DNA of 64,000 nucleotides from Corallococcus silvisoli (GTDB lineage Bacteria; Myxococcota; Myxococcia; Myxococcales; Myxococcaceae): NCBI RefSeq assembly GCF_009909145.1, contig NZ_JAAAPJ010000005.1, positions 528,470 to 592,469 of the forward strand, read 5' to 3'. Shown piece by piece: positions 55,556 to 64,000 of this stretch (position 1 is its first letter; each line of letters starts with the position of its first letter). The notes under the pieces were generated by a model. It saw only the letters and a program-made list of their open reading frames with translations, ran no database searches and was not told where the DNA came from. The position numbers and the translations under genes were made by a program.

Positions 55556-57772
55556 TCACCGGCACTTCAGCTCCGCCTTCTTCGTCGCGACCTGCTCCGC
55601 GATGCCGTCACCCGGCACGGCGTAGTCCTCCACCGCCGTCAGGTCCGAGCAGCTGCCCACCGCGTTCAGCGCGTTCTGCGCCTGCGTCGAGCAGAAGGCC
55701 ACCACGCGGTTCAGGTCCGTGTTGCCCTTGTAGAAGTCGAAGCCCAGCTTCCAGATGCGGCAGCCCCGGCGCCGGTCCTCGCGGTCGGCGAAGTGCTTGC
55801 CGCGCAGGTACGACGCGGTCGCCATGTCCTGGAAGATGTTCTTCCGGTAGAACGACAGGTGCGTCTCCGCCAGCTCCGCCATCAGGCGCTTGTCCGTCGT
55901 CAGCGCTTCCTTGAACGGCGCCACGGCGCGCTCGGGGTCGTTGTTGGTGAGCGCGCTCTCGCCCGTCTTGAAGAGCTGATCCACGTTGGACACGTCCCGG
56001 ATGAGGTCGTCCACCTGGGCGTGGTACTGCGCCTGGTCCTCCTTGGAGCGCAGCTTCTGGAGCGTCGCCAGCGCCTCGCTGCCGCGGCCGGTCCAGTAGT
56101 CCATCATCGCCGCCTGGATCAGCTTCGGGGCGTAGCGCGAGTTCATCATCGCGCGCACCTCGCTGGCCTGGTCCGGCCCCAGCTCGTCCTGCGCCAGGAT
56201 GTCGGACACCGGGCACGTCCAGGGTATCGCGTTGCGGTCCAGCTTCGTGCGGGCCACCAGGAACTTCACGAACATGGGGTCCTTCGGGCGCCACTCGTTC
56301 TTGCGCAGGCCGCCCTCCAGGCGGAGCGTCTGACCGATGGGCGGCTCCAGGTCCTCCTTGCTCTGCTTCTGGCACCACACCTCCATGAAGTCCTGGCAGC
56401 GCGGCACCGCGGCGCTCCACTGCGAGTTGGCCAGGTAGCGCTTGCAGTCATCCTTCGCGCGCTCCACGAAGCGCGCCGCCGTCTCGCGCGCCTTCGCGCG
56501 GGCGCGGCGGAAGTACTCGCTCTCCTTCGGAATCTTGCGCAGCAGCGTCAGGCTGTCCTTCTCGCGGTTGAGCTCGCTGGCCTTCCTCGCGGCCTCGAAG
56601 TTGTCGAAGGCCTCCTTCTCCAGCTTGATGCGCCGGATGAGGTTGTTCGCCTCGACGTTGATGGGATCCTGATCCAGCGCCTTCTCACAGGTGGCCTCGG
56701 CCCGCTCCCAGTTGGGCGCTCCCAGTTCGTTGGAGGCATAGGAGCGGCACTCGCTGAGCAACTCCTGCACCTGCTGCGCGGGATCCAACGGCGCGGCCGG
56801 CCCGGCCTTCGGGTTCTTGCCCGCGCCCGGCCCCACGGACGCCTTCACCACCGCCGCCACCGCCAGGAGCGCGATCACGCCCCCGGCGACCACCACCAGC
56901 TTGCGTCGGCTGTTGGCCGCGGGCTCACCCCGGCCGCCACGCCGCGCCGGGGGCGCCCCGCCCGACCCCGGACGCCGCACGGGCGTGTCGGACGCCTCGT
57001 AGGCCATCTCCACCACGCCGAACTGGAGGACATCGCCGGGCTGCAGGTCGACGAACTCCTCGCCCAGCAGCTCGCCGTTGAGCAGGGTGCCGTTGGCACT
57101 GCCCAGGTCGCGCGCCCGCACGACGGTGCCCGCGCGCTCCACCTCCGCGTGCTTGCGGCTCACCGAGTCGTCATCCAGGACGACCGCCGCTGGCGGCGCC
57201 CGGCCCACCAGCACCGTGCCGTTCAGCGGATACGACTTGCCCGCCCACGGCCCCGTCATGCCCTTGAGCATGGGACCCGCGCCCGCGCCCGCCGCCGCCG
57301 CGCCGGCGGGCAGCGACCGCGCCGGCCGCCTCGCCAGGGCCGAACCCTCGGGCTTCGCCGCCCCGTTCTGGGTGGCCTTGGCCCGGATGCTGGGCATGGC
57401 GCGGGTGCCCTTCACGGGCGCGTCCGCGAGCGTCGCGGGGTCGCCGGACGCGGGGACCGCCGCGCGACGGCCGCTGCTGCCCCGGGCGCTCGCCTTGAGC
57501 TTCAGCTCGTAGTCGCCCAGCAGCACCTGCGAGGCCGGCGTCAGCGCCGTGGGCCCCTCGATGCGCTCGCCGTCCACGAAGGTGCCGTTCTGGCTCCCCC
57601 CGTCCTCGACATAGACGGTGTTGCCCTCCACGTAGAGGCGCGCGTGCTGCCGCGACACGCCCCCTTCCGTGAGGACGAGGTCATTGCCCTGCTGGCGGCC
57701 GATCTTCAGCTCGCCGGCGATTTCGTGCTCGTGCTCAGTGCCGTCAGGATGACGGACGACCAGGGTTGCCAT
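55556..57772 (-). CDS. Tandem-FHA-domain membrane protein (Tad/Kil-like locus component)
   Basis: Two FHA domains ('LKIGRQQGNDLVLTEGGVSRQHARLYVEGNTVYVEDGGSQNGTFV' and 'VLVGRAPPAAVVLDDDSVSRKHAEVE...DLGSANGTLL'). TM helix 'LVVVAGGVIALLAVAAVV'. Large C-terminal periplasmic domain. Confidence 0.8.
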   Translation of the reverse strand: MATLVVRHPDGTEHEHEIAGELKIGRQQGNDLVLTEGGVSRQHARLYVEGNTVYVEDGGSQNGTFVDGERIEGPTALTPASQVLLGDYELKLKASARGSSGRRAAVPASGDPATLADAPVKGTRAMPSIRAKATQNGAAKPEGSALARRPARSLPAGAAAAGAGAGPMLKGMTGPWAGKSYPLNGTVLVGRAPPAAVVLDDDSVSRKHAEVERAGTVVRARDLGSANGTLLNGELLGEEFVDLQPGDVLQFGVVEMAYEASDTPVRRPGSGGAPPARRGGRGEPAANSRRKLVVVAGGVIALLAVAAVVKASVGPGAGKNPKAGPAAPLDPAQQVQELLSECRSYASNELGAPNWERAEATCEKALDQDPINVEANNLIRRIKLEKEAFDNFEAARKASELNREKDSLTLLRKIPKESEYFRRARAKARETAARFVERAKDDCKRYLANSQWSAAVPRCQDFMEVWCQKQSKEDLEPPIGQTLRLEGGLRKNEWRPKDPMFVKFLVARTKLDRNAIPWTCPVSDILAQDELGPDQASEVRAMMNSRYAPKLIQAAMMDYWTGRGSEALATLQKLRSKEDQAQYHAQVDDLIRDVSNVDQLFKTGESALTNNDPERAVAPFKEALTTDKRLMAELAETHLSFYRKNIFQDMATASYLRGKHFADREDRRRGCRIWKLGFDFYKGNTDLNRVVAFCSTQAQNALNAVGSCSDLTAVEDYAVPGDGIAEQVATKKAELKCR

Positions 57773-57779
57773 GGGCGCG

Positions 57780-59546
57780 TCAGTCCTCGCGGAAGATGCT
57801 CATGTTGACCGGAATGCCCTTGCGCTGGAGCTCGTCGTAGAACTTCGGGACGAAGCCCGAAGCCACATAGCGCCCCCGCACCTTGTGGTCCTCCGTGAAG
57901 CCGTCCTGCTTGAAATAGAAGATGTCCTGGAGGGTCACGATGTCGACCTCCATGCCGGACACCTCCGTGATGAAGCAGATCTTGCGCGTGCCGTCGGAGA
58001 AGCGCGTCTGCTGCACGATGAGGTGCACGGCGCTGGCGATCTGCTCGCGGATGGCCTTCACCGGCAGCTCCATGCCGGACATGAGCACCATCGTCTCCAG
58101 CCGCGCGATGGCGTCTCGCGGCGTGTTCGCGTGCAGCGTGGTGAGCGAACCGTCGTGGCCGGTGTTCATCGCCTGGAGCATGTCCAGCGTCTCACCGGAG
58201 CGGCACTCCCCCACGACGATGCGGTCGGGCCGCATGCGCAGGCAGTTCTTCACCAGCTCGCGGATGGTGATGGCGCCCTTGCCTTCCAGGTTGGGCGGGC
58301 GGCTCTCCAGCTGCACCCAGTGGTCCTGCGGCAGCTGCAGCTCCGCGGCGTCCTCCACCGTGATGATGCGCTCGCCCTCGGGAATGAAGGAGCTGATGAT
58401 GTTCAGCGTCGTCGTCTTGCCGGAGCCGGTGCCGCCGGAGATGACGATGTTGCGGCGGGCCGTGACACACATCTCCAGGAACTCGGCCATCTGCGCCGTG
58501 ACCGTCTTGTACTTGATGAGGTCCTGGATCTTCAGCGCGTCCTTCTTGAACTTGCGGATGGTGATGCAGGGGCCCTTGAGCGCCAGCGGCGGGATGATGG
58601 CGTTGACGCGGCTGCCGTCCTTGAGGCGCGCGTCCACCAGCGGGCTGGACTCGTCGATGCGCCGACCGATGGGCGCCACGATGCGCTCGATGACGCCGAG
58701 CACCGCCTGGTTGGAGGAGAACGTCTTCTCCGACAGGGTCAGCTTGCCCTTGCGCTCGATGTAGATCTGGTTGGCGTGGTTCACCATGATCTCGCTGATC
58801 TCTTCCGACGCGAGGAACGCCTCCAGGGGCCCCAGGCCCAGCGCCTCGTTGATGACGTCGGTGAGCAGCTCCTCGCGGTCCACGTCCGTCGGAAGCTCTC
58901 CGTCCGCCTCCATCTGGTCGATGATGTCGCGGATGGCCTTCTCGGTGCGGCGCCACAGCTCCTCGTCCCCGAGCCGGTCCATGTCCATCCGGCGCAGGTC
59001 CAGGTACTCGATGAGCCGGTCGTGGATCTCCTTCTGGAGCCGCGAGTAGCGCTCCAGCCGGGGGTCCACCTTGCGCTTGTTCTTCGCCATGGCCGCGGCC
59101 ATGGACGCGGGCATGCGGCTGGGAGCGGCGGCGGCGGGCGGCGGCGCCTCCTCCTCGTAGGGCTCCTCCTCCTCGTAGGGCTCTTCCTCCTCGTAGGCCT
59201 CCTCGCCCTGCTCCTCGTCGTAGGCCTCGTCGGCGGGCTCATCCTGGGGCGCGTCGTCCAGCGCCTCCACGTTGAGGATGTAGTCGCCGATGGAGACCTG
59301 GTCGGTGGGCTTGAGCACCATGGGCCCGGCGATCTTCTTGCCGTTCACGAAGGTGCCGTTCGTGGACTTCATGTCCACGATGATGAAGCGCCCGTCCTTT
59401 TCGACGATGCGGGAGTGGGTCTTGGAGACGTTTCCCTTGGCGAGGACGATGTCGTTGCCAGCGAGCCGGCCGATCGTGATCTCGTTCTTGGGATACTCCC
59501 GCTGCTCCGACCCGCCGCCCTTCTCCGTCAGCGTGATGAGAAACAT
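57780..59546 (-). CDS. cpaF: Tad/Flp-pilus-type secretion ATPase (CpaF/TadA family) fused to N-terminal FHA domain
   Basis: FHA 'ITIGRLAGNDIVLAKGNVSKTHSRIVEKDGRFIIVDMKSTNGTFV'. Acidic EEPYEEE repeat linker. ATPase Walker A 'ISGGTGSGKTTTLN', 'RIVVGECRSGE'. Confidence 0.88.
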   Translation of the reverse strand: MFLITLTEKGGGSEQREYPKNEITIGRLAGNDIVLAKGNVSKTHSRIVEKDGRFIIVDMKSTNGTFVNGKKIAGPMVLKPTDQVSIGDYILNVEALDDAPQDEPADEAYDEEQGEEAYEEEEPYEEEEPYEEEAPPPAAAAPSRMPASMAAAMAKNKRKVDPRLERYSRLQKEIHDRLIEYLDLRRMDMDRLGDEELWRRTEKAIRDIIDQMEADGELPTDVDREELLTDVINEALGLGPLEAFLASEEISEIMVNHANQIYIERKGKLTLSEKTFSSNQAVLGVIERIVAPIGRRIDESSPLVDARLKDGSRVNAIIPPLALKGPCITIRKFKKDALKIQDLIKYKTVTAQMAEFLEMCVTARRNIVISGGTGSGKTTTLNIISSFIPEGERIITVEDAAELQLPQDHWVQLESRPPNLEGKGAITIRELVKNCLRMRPDRIVVGECRSGETLDMLQAMNTGHDGSLTTLHANTPRDAIARLETMVLMSGMELPVKAIREQIASAVHLIVQQTRFSDGTRKICFITEVSGMEVDIVTLQDIFYFKQDGFTEDHKVRGRYVASGFVPKFYDELQRKGIPVNMSIFRED

Positions 59547-59709
59547 GGGCAGGGATGCTACCAAGCCATCCCACGACCTCAAAGACTCCTGCGACGCTCG
59601 CTCGCCTGCCCGCAAACGGAAGGGCCGGCACCCTCCCCCCAGCAGCGGGGAACGGGGCCGGCCCTGACCGGATCCAACAGAGGTGTCGCGCCCGTGGCAG
59701 GCGCCTGCC

Positions 59710-61158
59710 TCAGTCGAAGATGTTGAAGTTCACCTCGGAACGGGCCTGCTTGTAGCGGGTCTTCACGTCCTCGATGATGCTCCGGACCTTGTCCGAGTCC
59801 GGGTTCACGATGCGCGGGGTGACGAAGATCACCAGCTCGCGCTTGGTGGAGTCGAACGCGCGGTTCTTGAACAGTTCGCCCACGATGGGGATGTTGCCCA
59901 GGCCCGGCAGCTTCGCGACGGCCTTCTGCTCGTCGTGGCTGAACACACCCGACAGCACGATGGTCTCACCGTGGCGCACGGTGACGTTGGTCTTCACCTT
60001 GCGGGTGCGGAAGCCGGGGATGGCGGACGAACCACCGAAGGACACCGACACGGAGGTGTCGATTTCAGAGGCCTCCGCCTCCACCTCCGTCTGGATGTTG
60101 CCGTTGCGGTCCGCGGTCGGGCGGATCTTCAGGATGACGCCGTAGGGCTTGTACTCCACCGTGAACTGCGTGTTGGTGATGAGCGGGATGGGCACCTCGC
60201 CGCCGGCGAGGAACTCCGCCTTCTCACCGCTGGCGCAGACCAGCTTGGGCTGCGCCAGCAGGCGGCCGTAGCCGTCATTGGACTGGAAGCCGATGCTCAG
60301 GTCCGAGCCGCCCGTCGCGCCCAGGATGAGGCCGGAGACGGCGTCCGCGGAGGGGATGAGCGACTTGGTCAGGTTGACGGTCGCGGTGAGCGAGCCGGTG
60401 ATGTCCGTGGGGTACTTGATGCCGTAGCGGTCGCGGCTGTTGCGCCGGATTTCCACGAACTGGACCTCGGAGAGGATCATCCGCTTGATGCCGACGACGA
60501 GCAGGTTCTCCACCTTCTCGCCAATGGCCTTGGTGATGAGCTCCGCCTTCTGCAGGTCCTGCTGGCTCTCCACGGAGCCCTCCAGGAAGATGGTCGCGCC
60601 CACCACGTTGGCCTGCACGTTCTTCAGGCCCGCCTTCTGGAAGGCCGCGTTCAGGTTCTGGGCGACCAGCTTCTTCGCGTTGGGGGCGATCTTCACGAAC
60701 GACTTCACGTTCGGGTAGAGGCTCACCACCTGCTCGATGCGGTCCGCGTCCTGCGTGGTGTACGCCTGACCGTCCAGGTAGATGCGGTCACCCACCATGC
60801 GCACGGACACACCTTCGATTTCACCCAGGAGGCGCTTGATCTCCGAGATGACCTCGTTGGGGTCCTGCTTGCGGACCGTCACCAGGTAGCTGATGCGCTG
60901 CCCGGAGGACTTCCACACCAGCAGCGTCGTCTTGCCTTCCTGGTTACCGGTGACGAGCAGCTGGCCGGTGCCCAGCGTCTTCACCTCGGCGATGGACGGA
61001 TCGCCCAGCGCGACGCGGCTGAGGCCGGGGATGGTGAGCACCTTCTGGGTACCCACGCCCAGGCTGACGGTGCTGCCCTCCTGGGCAAGGGCGGGGGCAG
61101 CGGCCACCAGGGTGACGAGGGCGCTGAGCGCCAGGGCTTGCGTGAAGCGAGTGGACAT
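59710..61158 (-). CDS. cpaC: Tad/Flp pilus secretin (CpaC/RcpA family, BON + secretin domains)
   Basis: Signal peptide. 'RLLAQPKLVCASGEKAEFLAGGEVP...LPGLGNIPIVGELFKNRAFDSTKRELVIFVTPRIV' is the secretin C-terminal signature. Confidence 0.88.
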   Translation of the reverse strand: MSTRFTQALALSALVTLVAAAPALAQEGSTVSLGVGTQKVLTIPGLSRVALGDPSIAEVKTLGTGQLLVTGNQEGKTTLLVWKSSGQRISYLVTVRKQDPNEVISEIKRLLGEIEGVSVRMVGDRIYLDGQAYTTQDADRIEQVVSLYPNVKSFVKIAPNAKKLVAQNLNAAFQKAGLKNVQANVVGATIFLEGSVESQQDLQKAELITKAIGEKVENLLVVGIKRMILSEVQFVEIRRNSRDRYGIKYPTDITGSLTATVNLTKSLIPSADAVSGLILGATGGSDLSIGFQSNDGYGRLLAQPKLVCASGEKAEFLAGGEVPIPLITNTQFTVEYKPYGVILKIRPTADRNGNIQTEVEAEASEIDTSVSVSFGGSSAIPGFRTRKVKTNVTVRHGETIVLSGVFSHDEQKAVAKLPGLGNIPIVGELFKNRAFDSTKRELVIFVTPRIVNPDSDKVRSIIEDVKTRYKQARSEVNFNIFD

Positions 61159-61203
61159 CGTGTGAATCCCCTTCTTGCGTGCGCGCGCCCGGACGCCGGC
61201 GCG

Positions 61204-61740
61204 CTATCCCAGATGTTGTTGCTGCCACCACATGGCCCAGAAAGTCCCGAGCGCGATGGAGACGCCGTAGGGGATGTGTCGCACGGGAGCGGGCGAGGTT
61301 TCCTCGCGCAGCCATTTCATGCGCACCGCCCAGCGGCGAACCACCCCCGCCAGCGTGTCCCAGACGGCCCCCTGCCACAGCAGCGTGACGACCGCCTGCA
61401 GCGCTCCCACCAGCGAAATGAAGGCCGCCGCCGCGAGCACCGTGGGGAAGCCCAGCACGCAGCCCACGGCCGCCATCAGCTTGACGTCACCCCACCCCAT
61501 GCGCCCGCGCAGCGCACCCGGCACCAGCAGCAGCGCGAGCCCCGCGCCCGCCAGCACCCCGCTCACCAACCCCGTCTCCAGCCCACCCACCCCTTCGGAC
61601 ACCCCGCGCACCCCGAGCCCCAGCACGATGAGCGGATAGGTCACGGCGTTCGGGATGAGCCGGCGCAGCACGTCGCTCACCGCCGCAATCACGAGGGCCA
61701 CTCCCAGAATCGTCCAAAGCGCGAGCTGAACAGGTGTCAT
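61204..61740 (-). CDS. cpaA: Prepilin peptidase, A24 family (CpaA/TadV-like)
   Basis: Multi-TM protein. 'VSDVLRRLIPNAVTYP' and 'GWGDVKLMAAVGCVLG' are the two catalytic Asp motifs. Confidence 0.8.
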   Translation of the reverse strand: MTPVQLALWTILGVALVIAAVSDVLRRLIPNAVTYPLIVLGLGVRGVSEGVGGLETGLVSGVLAGAGLALLLVPGALRGRMGWGDVKLMAAVGCVLGFPTVLAAAAFISLVGALQAVVTLLWQGAVWDTLAGVVRRWAVRMKWLREETSPAPVRHIPYGVSIALGTFWAMWWQQQHLG

Positions 61741-61844
61741 TCGGCACCTGCTTCCCTGGGAAGCAGGCGACCCCCATCAAACAATGGAGGCCTGGAGCCC
61801 GTCAATTCCTGAACAAGACCCTCGTACCGTGGGGCTCTGCGTCA

Positions 61845-62702
61845 TCAGTGGATGACGAGGCGGATCTTCTCGCTGCAGATGAAGTACTCGTCCCCGTCCT
61901 CGACCTTGCGGCGCTTGATGCGCTGCTTGTTGAACCAGGTCCCGTTCGAGGAGCCGAGGTCTTCGATGTAGAAGTCCCCGCCGTCACGGGCGATGACGGC
62001 GTGCTCGCGTGACACCTTGCCGGAGTTGATGACGAAGTCGCAGTGCTTGCCGCGGCCGATGACGTAGCGGTCCTTGACGATCTTCTCTTCCTCGCCGGAC
62101 TCCATGACCAGGTAGAGCGCCGCGCCCTCCTCTTCGGCCTCCTCCGCCTGCTCCTCCTCGGCCTCCTCCGGCGGCTCGTCCTCCATCTCGTCGAGCGGCG
62201 GATCCTCCTGCTCCGGCAGGGGCTCCTCCTCGTCCTCGATCATGTCGTCGGCGGAGGGCGGAGGCGGCTCGTTCTTGCCCTTGATGAGCCGCTCCAGCTC
62301 GGCGGCCGTCTCCAGGACGCGCTCGGCGACCTCGCGGCGCACCGGATCATTGTCCAGGCCGTTGGAGGACGGGCGCTCGTCCACGTTGCGCGCGGAGGGC
62401 CGGGCGGCGGGAGCCTCGGCGCGCGCGGGCGCGAGCACCGGCGGCCCGCTCTTGGCCGCGGCGGCCGGCGGCGGCGCGGAGACGGGGCGCGGAGACGGCG
62501 TGGGCGACGGCACGGCCGCCACCGCCGGCTCCGCCTTCGTCCTCACGTCGATGAAGCCGTTGAGGCGCGCGAACATGAACAGCGCCTGATTGATGAGCGC
62601 GTCGCGATCCGACCCCATCTGCTGGGCCATCTCTTCGTACGTCTCCCACAGGTGCTCGGCGATGCCGACCTTGCGTGCGGGACGGGAGTTCTGATCGATC
62701 AT
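61845..62702 (-). CDS. FHA-domain protein with N-terminal ribbon-helix-helix-like segment and acidic linker
   Basis: C-terminal FHA 'YVIGRGKHCDFVINSGKVSREHAVIARDGGDFYIEDLGSSNGTWFN'. Pro/Ala- and Glu-rich linker. Confidence 0.8.
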   Translation of the reverse strand: MIDQNSRPARKVGIAEHLWETYEEMAQQMGSDRDALINQALFMFARLNGFIDVRTKAEPAVAAVPSPTPSPRPVSAPPPAAAAKSGPPVLAPARAEAPAARPSARNVDERPSSNGLDNDPVRREVAERVLETAAELERLIKGKNEPPPPSADDMIEDEEEPLPEQEDPPLDEMEDEPPEEAEEEQAEEAEEEGAALYLVMESGEEEKIVKDRYVIGRGKHCDFVINSGKVSREHAVIARDGGDFYIEDLGSSNGTWFNKQRIKRRKVEDGDEYFICSEKIRLVIH

Positions 62703-62765
62703 CGTTCTTGGCTCGGGAAATGCTGGACCTGGGGGACGATACCAGAGCCGGCCGGGGCCGCCCAG

Positions 62766-64000
62766 TTACTGGAAGGCCCGGAGATACTGGAGGTTCAACG
62801 CGTTGTCGCTGATCGACTCCAGGGCCACCTGGAGCACGCCGTCCGCCGAGGGATACGCGATGTAGGCGAGGCTCGAGCCGTCCACGTCCGTGGCGACCAC
62901 GGTCCCAGGCAGGGTGTAGGCCGCCAGGTTGCTCGTCGAGCTGGTGTCCACGCCGAAGACGAACCGGCGGAAGCGCGGCAGCAGCGTCACCACGTAGCGG
63001 TCCCCCGGGTTCAGGCGCGTGGCGTCCGCGAACGTCGCCGTCAGCGTGAGCTTGAGCGGCGCGGGCACGTAGGTGGTGGGCGACTTGGGCGGGCTCAGCC
63101 CCAGGTCGAAGCCATTCGGGTGGTAGTAGTAATCCAGGAAGCTGGAGACCGTGTAGGGCTCGTTGATGTCCAGCCGCTGCACGAAGGTATCGCTGGTCTC
63201 CAGGCCCGAATAGAGCACGTAGGGCTTCACGAGCGGCCCCGCGCGCACGGAGAAGTACGGGTATGTAGCGCAGGCCTCCAGCGCGGCGGCGGTGGTCGCG
63301 TCCGTCGTGTCCGCGAAGAGCCGCGTGAAGCCGTTGCCCTGATCCTCCAGGCGGAGGATCCGGACGGGCTGCGCACAGTTGCCGCCGTTGTTCGACAGCA
63401 CCAAGGAATCGCCGGGAACCACGCCGCGCGAGACGGCCAGCTCCGTTTCAATCAGCAGCGGCGGGTCGGTCACGGTCAGGTCGCGCGTCAGGTTGAGCAG
63501 CCCCGGAAGCAGGCCCTGGTAGACGAAGCGGTAGGTCCCGTTGGGGACCGTCCCGTTGCAGAGGAAGGCCGTGGCGTTGGTCGCCTCCACCTGCGGGCAG
63601 CCCGGCTCCACCACGGTGATGGCCTGGAACTGGTCCGACCGGGCGACCTCGTTGCCGTCGCGCAGCTCCACGGTCACCGACGAGTCCAAGGAGACGATCT
63701 TCTCCACGTTGGTCACGGGATCCGTCGTGACGGTGCGATCCAGGTTGAACGCGCGCAGCTCGTCGGCGCGGAACAGGGTGATCTCCCCGCTGGACGACGG
63801 CATGATGCCCAGCAGCGGGATGGCGGTGAGGTACGCGACGCTGTTCGCGAGCAGCTCACGCACCTCCAAACCCGAGCGCAGGGTGAGCCCCGTGGGCAGG
63901 CCCGCGGACGGTCGCAGGGTCAGCATGGCCGCGCCGGTGACGTCGCGGGCGAGCACGGGCGCCGCGGACGGCACCAGCGGATCCGGCCCGTTGTCGAGCG
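62766..64000 (-). CDS. Hypothetical protein encoded upstream of the Tad-like locus (N-terminus beyond window end)
   Basis: ORF open to the window edge. Ser/Thr/Asn-rich, likely extracytoplasmic. No recognised domain. Confidence 0.45.
   Translation of the reverse strand, partial: LDNGPDPLVPSAAPVLARDVTGAAMLTLRPSAGLPTGLTLRSGLEVRELLANSVAYLTAIPLLGIMPSSSGEITLFRADELRAFNLDRTVTTDPVTNVEKIVSLDSSVTVELRDGNEVARSDQFQAITVVEPGCPQVEATNATAFLCNGTVPNGTYRFVYQGLLPGLLNLTRDLTVTDPPLLIETELAVSRGVVPGDSLVLSNNGGNCAQPVRILRLEDQGNGFTRLFADTTDATTAAALEACATYPYFSVRAGPLVKPYVLYSGLETSDTFVQRLDINEPYTVSSFLDYYYHPNGFDLGLSPPKSPTTYVPAPLKLTLTATFADATRLNPGDRYVVTLLPRFRRFVFGVDTSSTSNLAAYTLPGTVVATDVDGSSLAYIAYPSADGVLQVALESISDNALNLQYLRAFQ

Overview
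This is a 64-kb, roughly 70% GC chromosomal window with myxobacterial hallmarks: a MYXO-CTERM sorting tail, multiple FHA proteins, LuxR/LysR regulators and many secreted peptidases. Most likely source is Myxococcus, Corallococcus or a close relative. It is densely coding on both strands. No rRNA, tRNA, CRISPR array or transposase was seen.

Main blocks, from start to end:
(1) A chemosensory operon: cheA, cheW, a soluble truncated-hemoglobin-PAS-PAS MCP, an ABC1/UbiB atypical kinase, an ABM-domain protein, cheB and cheR.
(2) A lipid kinase; a Fic-domain protein (degenerate HPFxDGNAR motif) translationally coupled to two tandem paralogous unknown proteins; a convergent Hsp20.
(3) PhzF-like protein, OM protein, ArsR, P450 and ABM, M1 aminopeptidase, a triple-repeat secreted protein, SDR, LysR, a long phenylalanine-hydroxylase-like protein, a LysM/C39-like peptidase, and a MYXO-CTERM metalloprotease with a DAGT-repeat lipoprotein.
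(4) A full-length homolog of the eukaryotic major vault protein (MVP repeats, SPFH shoulder, cap-helix, cap-ring), preceded by a split RdgC-like pair.
(5) PBP4, prolyl oligopeptidase, a Macro-like/TIR-like fusion protein, and a tandem cNMP-binding protein with a perfect CRP-type palindrome upstream.
(6) MbtH-like orphan, atypical LuxR response regulator, RDD/SpoIIM-like pair, J-domain protein, HEAT, DivIVA and YggU proteins, an HExxH membrane protein, and polA.
(7) A Tad-like pilus/secretion locus with three FHA-domain proteins (FHA-CpaF ATPase, CpaC secretin, CpaA peptidase), reminiscent of the Myxococcus Kil predation apparatus.

Most notable candidates: the bacterial vault-protein homolog, the Fic plus duplicated-partner module, the Macro/TIR-like protein and the trHb-coupled chemoreceptor.

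Feature coordinates follow the supplied ORF track. Start codons were chosen by N-terminal homology and operon coupling, and several are uncertain.
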